This document shows, one piece after another, positions 24,684 through 34,762 of a DNA stretch of 34,762 nt. This DNA is from Octopus sinensis. Taxonomy: Eukaryota. Under the pieces are notes generated by a model. The model did no database searches, had not been told where the DNA came from, and worked only from the letters and a program-made list of their open reading frames with translations. Within the stretch, counting starts at the first letter, position 1; each line of letters opens with the position of its first letter. Made by a program: the position numbers and the translations under genes. The stretch is taken from contig NW_021832656.1 in NCBI RefSeq assembly GCF_006345805.1, forward strand, positions 1 to 34,762, written 5' to 3'.

Positions 24684-25779
24684 TATATTATTATATATAC
24701 TATATAATATATTTTTATATATATATATATATATATACAGAGACAAAGGAGAGACACAGAGAAACTGCCAGACACACAAATGTGGAGGAACACAGCATAT
24801 ATGCATATACATAAAATATATGTGTATACAAGTATGTATAAATATACATACCTACATATATACATACACATATACAATATACATATATACATATATATTA
24901 ATATATATATCCATACATATATACACAGAAACCATTTCTATGCCTCTACCTAAAAATCCATAGATGTGTATCTCTCTCTTTCTCTCTCTGTATGTATATA
25001 TATATATATATATATAGCAACGTGTTTTTATGTAGTCACAAAGAAAATGTTTGAGTACAAGAGAGAAAGAGAGAACGAGAGGCAAAGAGAGGAGAGAGGA
25101 AGGGGAGAGAAAGAGAGAAAGAGAGAGCGAGAGGCAATGAGAGGAGAGAGGGAGGTCAGAAGAGAGAGAGAAAGAGAAGAACAATGTCTATCTCTGTTCA
25201 ACTTAAGGCTACAATGATAATTTAGGTAAGAGCATTGTTTACGGAAGATTGTTTAAGAACAATAACAATGCATAAAACCGAATAACTATGACAATAATAT
25301 CTCATAAGTGTAAACACACAGGAAGAATACCGCTAACACACATACACGCAAACGCGAATACGCGTATACATACATTGATACACACACACACATATATGTA
25401 AATTTTTATTTATCTGTATATATACGCACATTTATTCATGTAAAAGAAACACAAAAGCCAGCATGGTACACAGCTAGACGCACGGACATAGAGACACAGA
25501 GAGAATCTAATATAAAAGAGCATAGCATTCATTAAAATCTTTATTTTCAAAAACACACGAGAAACAACATGTTGGTGTATATATATATATATATCTATAT
25601 CTATATATATATATATACTTATATATATATATAAATACACATATATATATATATACATGCATATATATATATACATATATATATATTATATATATATATA
25701 TATATATATGTGTATATATATATGTGTATATATATATAGATATATATATATATATATAATATATATATATATATATACT

Positions 25780-25840
<61 letters not shown>

Positions 25841-25852
25841 GTATGTATTTTT

Positions 25853-26015
25853 ATGTCTTTGTTTGTCTCCCCCCACTATCGCTTGACAACCAATGCTGGT
25901 TTGTTTAGGTCCCCGTAACCTAGCGGTTCGGCCAAACTGACCGATGGAATAAGTACTCGGCTTACAAAGAATAAGTGCTGGAGCCGATTTGTTTGACTAA
26001 AGGCTCTGCTCCAAC
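25853..26015 (+). mobile_element. CORE-type SINE 3' portion following a long (TA)n
   Basis: TCGCTTGACAACCAATGCTGG...CCCCGTAACCTAGCGGTTCGG...GAATAAGTACT..GCTTACAAAGAATAAG...GACTAAAGGC is the reverse complement of 1975-2125. Confidence 0.8.
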
Positions 26016-26071
26016 ATCCTATGTATGTGTTAACATCGTATGTATGTGTCTATCTATCTCTCGATATATAT

Positions 26072-26754
26072 CTTCGAGATGCTATCGAAATTCATGGACA
26101 AGAAGTTGAAGCAAAAAGGCAACGTGACATCCCGTGTTAATCTTGATATTGAGAACTCTTCGGCATGCTTACGGCGACGAGGAAATGGGTCGTACGCAAT
26201 GTTGCGAATGGCGTAGGTTCTTCAAGAACGGAAGAACCTCCCTAGGAGATAATGAGAGATCTAGAAGACCTGCCACGAGCGACGCTCCCGAAGATGAGGA
26301 GAAAATTCATCAGAATGTGTGCGAGGATCGTCGATGGACAATCAATGACGTTTTGAAGCGCCTGAGGGAGGACATCCGGCGACGCAACCGGATGTGTGGG
26401 GCACGAACAATTGGGTTCATCATGAGTATAATGCACCCTGTTACCGAGCTCTCCTAACCTGTGTGTTTCTGGCCTAAAACTACACGGTGTCGCTTCCACA
26501 CCCACCTGATTCTCCAGATTTAGCACTAGACGTCCATCTTGCACCAAGTTCAGAATGCTGGGTCAAAGTTCACTAGTTTAACACCGCTGTAGAGATCCTG
26601 AATGAATCGTATTAGGTTCTCGACAGATTCCAAAACGGTAGGAAGGCTGGAAACAGCTATATCACTGCGCAAGATGACTATTTTGAAGGAGATGGTGTTT
26701 AAACTTAGGTTAATATGTAAATAAGTTCGAAAATTTTTCGATACTACTTCACAT
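26072..26754 (+). mobile_element. Internally deleted mariner transposon remnant
   Basis: ATG at 26094 (MDKKL..); LRHAYGDEEMGRTQCCEW..FFKNGRTSLGDNERSRRPATS (HTH region), LPHPPDSPDLA (YSPDL motif) and QDDYFEGD (C-terminus); sequence jumps from EDRRWTI to DVLKRLREDIRR; partial TIR similarity (TATCGAAA / TTTCGATA) at the ends. Confidence 0.85.
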
Positions 26755-26805
26755 ATCTATAGACCTCCACAGGTATGCACACACTATGGCGCGGGAACAC
26801 CTGTA

Positions 26806-26835
26806 CGTAGTCACGCCTGTGATTGCGTGACTACG
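26806..26835. other. Perfect 11-bp stem hairpin
   Basis: CGTAGTCACGC-(CTGTGATT)-GCGTGACTACG. Confidence 0.85.
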
Positions 26836-27445
26836 ATATCGTAATAACTAACTGTTGATGCACATGTAGCCACACATATTGCAATATTCGCATTCGACAT
26901 AACTTTGTGCATATATATATATATATATCATATATATATATATATATATATATTACTATATATATATATATTTACTTATAATATATATTAGATTTTATAT
27001 AAAATGCCTGTATATATACGTTGTATTTACGTATGTGTGTGTATGTGTGTCTTTGTGTGTAAGCCGTTGAATTGAAAGGTATACACATAATCCCCTTTGA
27101 AATTGTCAACATTCGAAGCATTACACACAAACACAAAGATATATATGTATGTAGGTATATGATATAATACAAAAGAAACAAACATTAATAACCACAATAA
27201 CAATGTTAATGTTCATGGCGGTAAAAGAACATTAATAATACTAACAATAACATTATTACTGTTGCAACACAATAATAGTGGCTACGACAATACATGTGAC
27301 CAACTTTTCTGCGTTTGTTTTAAACTTAAAAGTTCGGGTTACGAGCTGGCCTTTGTGCAAGCGTCTATTTCCCTGTATATGTTCATATATATATATATAT
27401 ATAATATATATATAATATCGCTATATATTATATAAATATATACGC

Positions 27446-27477
<32 letters not shown>

Positions 27478-27593
27478 TATATATTATATATACGTATATA
27501 TATATATATACACATATATATATATATATACACATATATATATATATGCATTTATGTATATATATATAATATATATATATACATATATATACG

Positions 27594-27625
<32 letters not shown>

Positions 27626-27973
27626 CATATATATATTTATATATATATACATACCATATCTATATTTATTGTATATATATATATATACATAAATGCATTA
27701 TATATAGTATATTATGTGTGTGTGTATGTATGTGTATTGTGTGAGTATACGTATGAAAAAATTTATATAGTTATGTATACACATACACATTTGTGTATAG
27801 ATACATACGCATATAAGTGTGGGCACGTGATTGAGTGTATATGTATGTGCACACACGTACACACAGTTCATGACATTTTTATGTTGGACATTATTGTTTT
27901 TCAAATGGTTTCTTTATGTCGCAATTTCGCTCTTGGCAACAACATAAGCTTTTCGTATTGTTTTGCATTGTTG

Positions 27974-28006
27974 ATTCAACGGCGATGTTGATAGACGCCG
28001 TTGAAT
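27974..28006. other. Perfect 11-bp stem hairpin
   Basis: ATTCAACGGCG-(ATGTTGATAGA)-CGCCGTTGAAT. Confidence 0.85.
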
Positions 28007-28748
28007 TGAAATATACACACATAAAGAGAACGCCTTTGAAGCTGTCGACATTCGAAGTATTCTAATGTTAATCTCGTGGAATTCGTTTTCGAACACTGTA
28101 GACATCCAAAAGAATGCTGCTTCTTTTGTGTGTCAGTGTTGCGGAAATCTCTAAGGATATCGAGTAAAATATGTTTTCTTGTATTGTATTCTTTATTGTT
28201 GCGGTTTGATGACTTGAGTACAGCTATGATTCTGATAGGTAGGTCAGAGCAACGCAAGGAATTGTTGAGGGCTCCTTTGCTAAGACGAATTTGGGACACC
28301 TCTTCGTGGAGGTATCAATGGGTTTCCATGGGACAAGATACAATGCAAATTTCCATCAATGACAATTCGCCACCAGCTATACATGAGATATGCATATATC
28401 CAGTGTTTCTGCATCAAATGGCGTCATCAGCCCCACGATCGCCTGACTTATAAGCAGCACCTGCACGACAGGGACATGTACAAGAACAGTGGAACACATT
28501 TTTTGACTCGGTAATTTCTATAATATAGAATACAAAAACAAAAACGAAAAATAAAAGAACATTAAGAAGTATTTCAGAATGATCGATGGTGCGTATATAT
28601 AAAAAAAGATATATACAAGTTTGACAAATGCCAACTCGGCATAATTTCCTCATTGATGAAAGACAAATGTCATTAATTAAGAGTACTTTTACGAAGAGAA
28701 TGTGACACAATGAACCAACGGCGTTGAGAAGAGCTTCACATGACAGGC

Positions 28749-28787
<39 letters not shown>

Positions 28788-28842
28788 CACATACATACAC
28801 ACAAACACGCATATTTGTTTTAGGCGTATATATTTGCTTTAG

Positions 28843-28990
28843 GCGTTTAGTGGTTGGCGTGTAACCGAGGTATGCATTGTGTTTTTCATAAAACTCTTCG
28901 TTTTCACGTTGCTCACAGCCCTCTCTCCTGGCAAAAAAATGCAACGTACAAGCGTCCCCTTTTTGGAGCTGGGCCGGTGTATATTTCCCA
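28843..28990 (+). mobile_element. Highly degenerate SINE of the 37-257 family
   Basis: TTAGTGGTT, TTGTGTTTTT, TTTCACGTTGCTC and CTGGCAAAAAAATG occur in the expected order. Confidence 0.5.
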
Positions 28991-29919
28991 AGGAATCCGT
29001 TTGCAGTAAAAGAGTAAAGATAACTACACATCACTATCTCAACTAATTTAGAAACTTAAGCAACATCATAGGTAATATTCGCTCCCTTGGTCAATAGTGT
29101 GAGGTATCATGCTACACGGATTAGGCGACGGTAATTGCACATTCTGCTATATTAGGACGTAGCAAACTATAATTAACTACGCGGGATATCCTCATAAATA
29201 AATTCAATAAAAAGATAATTAGGTTTCCTACATTTTTTAAGTAGAACATTTAAATATACCTATTAAATAATCTAATTAGCTTCGTAATACAGAAGAGTTT
29301 GTATCAGGCCGATTTGTTTTATAAGCTTTCTTTAAACATTTAACCTTTTCCTGAAATTTATATAAGCACATGAATCATAAAACCAGCCATACAGATTTCC
29401 CCAGCTTTAAATTTGTTATTTGAATTCAAGTCTGTATTTGAATTCAGAGGCGATGTCTGCACTGTTCATTACGAAACTGACAATTATGATTGTAAATGAC
29501 TTCGTGTTCTCTAAGCATTAATATCTTCACGGTTTGACTATTACATAGATTGTTTTCCCTCCGTTATTCTTTCGTTCCTTTGTCAAGTTGGTTTTGGTAA
29601 CCGGTTTTATATAGTTATGGTCATTAGTTTTGCACTAAATTTTGTTTGTCTATATGCAGGTCTCATTATAATATATACATTTGCCAACCATTAGCGTAAC
29701 ATAATGATTACAGAATGGAAAGCTAAATTACTCCACAGTCTCGGTTAAATAACGCATATATATGTTAAAGCATATGTATGCTTGTGCATGTGTATATGTA
29801 CTTCTTACAGCTCTCTATCTATACATTATTTGACAATATACTGTACTAAGTTGTTTGTAAATGGCGTGCGGTGGAGTGTATGTATATGTATGATTGCATA
29901 TGTACTGACTTGTGTGTGA

Positions 29920-29987
<68 letters not shown>

Positions 29988-29993
29988 TATAAT

Positions 29994-30211
29994 AAATATT
30001 AGGGAATAAATCCACATTTACACGAGAAAATCAGATTTAGGATTAAATCAATTTTATGTAAATATTATATATAAATTCGAGACAAACCACTATTCTGCAA
30101 AACAAACAAGGAAAGACTTAATCAATACAAAAAATTTTTAATATAAAGAAATAAACCGCCACTACAATCGTTTCATGTCTTCAATGACATTCGTCAGGTG
30201 GATTTTCGATC
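29994..30211 (-). mobile_element. Penelope-like pLTR repeat, copy 3 (diverged)
   Basis: AAATATTAGGGAATAAATCC...AAAATCAGATTTAGGATT...GAAAGACTTAATC...CCACTACAAT...CAGGTGGATTT is collinear with 4299-4535; abuts (TA)n at 29924-29982. Confidence 0.75.
30159..30201 (-). ncRNA. Minimal type I hammerhead ribozyme motif (HHR-3)
   Basis: Minus strand CCAC-CUGACGA-AUGUC-AUUGAA-GACAU-GAAAC-GAUU-GUA-GUGG: core intact (variable N7 = C), helices I and II intact, different loop II. Confidence 0.82.
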
Positions 30212-30247
30212 TCCTAATCTGTTTTAATTTATATATATGCATATATC

Positions 30248-30290
<43 letters not shown>

Positions 30291-32274
30291 GTGTGTGTGT
30301 ACGTGTGTAAATTTATAGAAATAACGTATTGAAACGGAGAGACTGAATGACAGAAAATGGCAGAAATGAAAAAAGTGAAATGTATTGGTATATAAGGTAC
30401 AAAATACATTTTCACCTGTTGCTTTATTTATAGTCTCGAAATGAAGTCCGTCTTGTTTTGCTGTTAATTGACCAATGTACGGAAACAGGTCTTAATAACG
30501 ACTGGACTGCTAAACGGAATATGTCCTGAAGAATATGAAACCTTTAAGTGAGTTTTTTTTTTTATTCTGCTTCATTGATTTAAATCTTAACTAACATATT
30601 ATGCTATGAGGTTCCTTGAAGAAAAACGACTTACATTCAGTGTAATTGCGTATTGTTGACACCTTTACGAAGCGATGACGCTCTCTCTATAGCATAACGC
30701 ATAATTCTTTCATAAGTTTATTGCGATTCAAATCAGGATGAAGGAAGGAAAGGAATAAGTGATAATGTCAGTACACATGCCTCACGTGTTGCATATAATG
30801 CATAAATTGGTATATAACATGGAATGCGTGAGTTTCGTTTACAGAAATGTGCGTAATATGAATTTGGCTTTTACTCAATTAAATTAAAGCCAGACACCAA
30901 CATACACAAACACATACAGTCACGAACATGCATACACACGTACACATCTATTTATACATATACATACCATTATATATACTTATATAGTCATACATGCATA
31001 TATGTTATATATATATATATATATTTGGTCTAAAGTCGTATGACAACCACCGTTATATATATTTTGTTTATTCATTACTGTTTTCAATTTCGTTTTCGTC
31101 TCTTGTATTCACATCCGTCTTGTGCGTTCACATTCCTGTCTTTCTACCAGAAATCTAATGCTTACAGCTTAGTTTTTTCTCTTGGGGCTGGCCGAGTTGG
31201 AGCAAATATCAGAATTGAACAGCCGAAATTTGCTATGATGATTCGGTGTCTGACTGAAGATTGAAGGCTTCGAATGAGTTGTGTCTGTGTTCCGGTTTTC
31301 GTCCCTTCCTGTATTTCACGTTCATTATATATAAAACATTCATTCTTATATATAATATATATATATATGCATATATACGTGTGTGTATGCATGTATATTC
31401 GCGTATGTATTTATATGTGTTTGAGTGTGTTTGTAAGCATTTAGAGGGTGTAGGTTGCAAATTAGAGAGATAGAGAAAATAGCCTAGGCACACACAGTTA
31501 TCACAGTATTAAGAATCGTAAAAACGAATACGAAAAAATTCGTACAAAATGCCATACTCAACTAATGCCCCGAAAAAAAAAAAAAATATATATATATATA
31601 TATATAACCAAATTAATCAGGTCTACGGTTGCTTTGTATGTATATTCTTTGCCTGTATTTTTGTATCTCCTTTACAAAATAGATTTTTCAGATCTTATTT
31701 GAAGCTGAATTCATTTCTTGCTATATTTATTTTGATTTTCATTTACAAGGATTCTCTCAAAAAATATATTTGTTTCTTCTTTGATATTTGCGCAAGAAAA
31801 TTGCGTTTGGCCAGTGGCATCTGAAGTGTGGATTGTGCTGTTTAACTTAATGATGGGATGCGCCATGTGATAAATATATATATATATATAAATATATGTG
31901 TGTGTATGCATGTATGCATATATATATAGATAGTTATAGATAAATACATACATACATACATACATATATATATTTATAGATCTATATATATATATATGTT
32001 TGTGTGTGTATGTATGTACATATGTATATGTATGTGTGTGTATATGTACATATATCAACTTATATGCACATGCGTTTATATACCTAGATATATGATGTAT
32101 ATACATATACGTGCAAACACGGATACATCCCTTACATCTCTCTGAAATTAAACGCATGTGGAGCTTCTTATACATTCACGATCTTCTCATGCATGCATCC
32201 ACAAACCCATGGAACAAACCTATAGATACCCATGCACAAATACAGATATGTATACACACATGTACCCCCCTACA

Positions 32275-32305
<31 letters not shown>

Positions 32306-33028
32306 GTAAATATATATATACATTATGATATATAGATATGTGTTATATGATATATAATATATGATATATATATATATATGTGTATGTATATATATATATA
32401 TCTAATATACCTGAATATCTCTGTACGTGTCTCTATATATGTGTGGAGTCCCAGATCATTACGTCATGGTGTGAAGTCGAGAACAATAGCAAGCGTGGTT
32501 GCAATGCTGATGTGTATGGTGGCTGTTGTAATCATTTGTTTGTTAAAGACATAACACTGTGTTAGCAAATTAGATAACAGCACTGTTGTTAAAATACCTT
32601 CAAGCGCTATTCTTTAGAATTGTCATTTCTCTCTTCTAGCTTTTCCAAATTCATGTGAATTGTTTCTTCTTTTTAGCTCTTGTCTTCCTTTATTTATGTT
32701 TATGTTTTTGTCAATACAATTTTCCCTTCCTCGCCTTGTTGAATGCAAAATCATTCATAGTTAAAATGCTTGTCATCGCTGTTACAAAAGAGAAGGAATT
32801 TTTATTTATTAATCAATCACAATAGCGATTTAATATTGATGCTGTTTACTTATGTGTGTGCACACCTATACACACACACACACACACATACATATATATA
32901 TATACATATATATACATATATATATATTTATATATATATCATATAATATATATATACATATATATACATATATATATATATAATATATATATATACAATA
33001 TATATATATATATATTATAAATATATAT

Positions 33029-33097
<69 letters not shown>

Positions 33098-33171
33098 ATA
33101 GAGAGAGAGAGAGGTAGAAGATAGATAGATAGATAGATATTTGTGCATAAAAGCTTTGTGAAAGACGAAAT

Positions 33172-33215
<44 letters not shown>

Positions 33216-33927
33216 TTAAAAAAACCGTAATCAGTGTCTTTCCTAATTTTAGCAGTTCAGTATTTTGGACTAGAAGGCCTGTATCAATTTCGTAGTTGAA
33301 GCATATAAATAAAATACAGCATCGTTAAAAGAATATTTTTAAAATGAACGTAACTCTGCAATCAAGAGAGATATTTAAATAATATTCGAGACAATTCGTG
33401 TGTGTGCTCCGGGGCTCACAGTTTCTCACGTTTTGAAATAAACTAGCCTCAACATAGATAACAATTTCAATTATGTTTTGTTTATATTGTTTAAACATTT
33501 CGCATGCACTCTTAGATGGTATTTGTACGAAGCTCTTTACTTCAGAAAAAATTCACTGCCACAATCAATTCCAACGATTATCATGGCGTTTCTAGTAATT
33601 TATTGCAAATAAATTTTTGACAGAAATCTTTAGAATAAAAAGGACCGAGCTTTCGAAAAGATAATAAGTTAGCAGTGAGAATGCAAAGAACGAAATGAAT
33701 GAAGTTTAAATAGAAAATTATACAGCGGACTTTTGTTTGCAGAACGACGAATAGTGTAGTCAATATTTGCTAGAAATTACTGTAAAATAATTAAATACAA
33801 TAACTTTTGAAATCCTGTTGTAGAACCAAATTGTTTATTTGCATAGAAACAAGATACGTCTGTCAGAGCAAATATAGTGGAGGCAAAAGAATTTTTGCTG
33901 TAGGTAATGATCTGTTTATAACAGCTT

Positions 33928-34661
33928 GCGAGGCAGTATCCAATAGTAAACTGAAAAGTTCTTTGTGGGACAAAGCCCCTTGTAGATTAGGTTTCCGCGT
34001 CGTCGTTTAAAGTCGTGCTGACAAGTGATGCGACTTTGCTTTGCAGTGCTTCTCCCCTGTTCGTCGATTTTTGCGATGGCTGAAACGAAGGAACAATGTG
34101 CTTCTGTGAAATTCTGTTTTCTGCTGGGGAAAACGGCAGCCGAAACGGTTGTCATGCTTCCTATAGCTTACAAGGACGCTGCTTACGAGAAAAACGCAAG
34201 TTTGCGAATGGTTTTCACACTTTAGGCATGGTCAGTTGTTGCTTGAAGACAACTCTCGTTAAGGGCAACCGTCGTCCTCCCGAACGAAGGAAAGCATCAG
34301 GAAAATTGTTGAACTTGGAGGACCGTCCTAGAAAAATTGCCGAACTTGTTGGGATCACGCGTGTGTCCTGGAGATCTAGCCAACGAATTTTTAGCAAGGA
34401 ATTGCGAATGAAAAGAATTTCAGCAAAATTTGTGGCTTGCTGGCTTACTGAAAATGAAAAGCGGTGACGACTGAATGCGTGTCGTGAACTGAAAGAACAG
34501 TTTGAAGTTATTTTTCGAAGGCCATCACTGATGACGAACTTTGGTTCTATGGAATTTTCAGATGCAGAAGCGGCGAAGAAAAAAACACGATGGAGGCGTT
34601 TAAAGACATTTCTACGCAAAAGTTCCAGCACTGCTTCGAATATTGGAAAACGCGCATAGAC
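33928..34661 (+). mobile_element. Second mariner remnant (different subfamily), internally deleted, cut off by (CTT)n
   Basis: ATG at 34076: MAETKEQCASVKFCFLLGKTAAETVVML..; EWFSHFRHG..LEDNSR; ELRMKRISAKFV (WVPR-motif region); ITDDELWFY (first catalytic D, TGDETW-like); then a jump to the C-terminal KDISTQKFQHCFEYWK. Confidence 0.85.
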
Positions 34662-34762
34662 CTTCTTCTTCTTCTTCTTCTTCTTCTTCTTCTTCTTCTT
34701 CTTCTTCTTCTTCTTCTTCTTCTTCTTCTTCTTCTTCTTCTTCTTCTTCTTCTTCTTCTTCT
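34662..34762. repeat. (CTT)n microsatellite running off the window
   Basis: Pure CTT array. Confidence 0.98.

Noticed and set aside
28395-28435. Minus-strand CUGAUGA...GAAAC hammerhead-like spacing
   Set aside because: Helix II is only about 2 bp, there is no helix III/GUH match and no helix I partner for the upstream GGGG.
28420-28453. PRSPDL peptide resembling the Tc1/mariner SPDL motif
   Set aside because: The surrounding translation lacks any other transposase motif; likely chance.
32454-32553. Frame reading SLRHGVKSRTIASVVAMLMCMVAVVIICLLKT*, resembling a tail-anchor transmembrane exon
   Set aside because: The upstream AG lacks a polypyrimidine tract, and G/T-rich degenerate repeats readily give hydrophobic translations.

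Overview
AT-rich, microsatellite-saturated animal DNA with no confidently identifiable host protein-coding gene; nearly all listed ORFs are artefacts of (TA)n, (CA)n, (AAT)n, (GAT)n and (GAA)n tracts. The SINE repertoire and microsatellite density point to an octopus/cephalopod intron or intergenic region (inference). The window holds about a dozen tRNA-derived SINE copies or fragments, decayed RTE, CR1-like, R4/Dong-like and Penelope-like retroelement pieces, and two internally deleted mariner remnants. The main hidden signal is a set of minimal type I hammerhead ribozyme motifs (CUGANGA...GAAAC...GUH, helices checked by eye). Three belong to one Penelope pLTR-like family: two sit in the arms of a ~185-bp inverted repeat (4373-4558 / 5693-5876) and a diverged third lies at ~30.2 kb; all three repeat copies run into (TA)n. 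A fourth, unrelated and weaker motif (19701-19739) lies inside a 326-bp unit bounded by an exact 26-bp direct repeat, which resembles a non-LTR retrozyme monomer. Family assignments come from recalled motifs, not database searches, and element boundaries are approximate.
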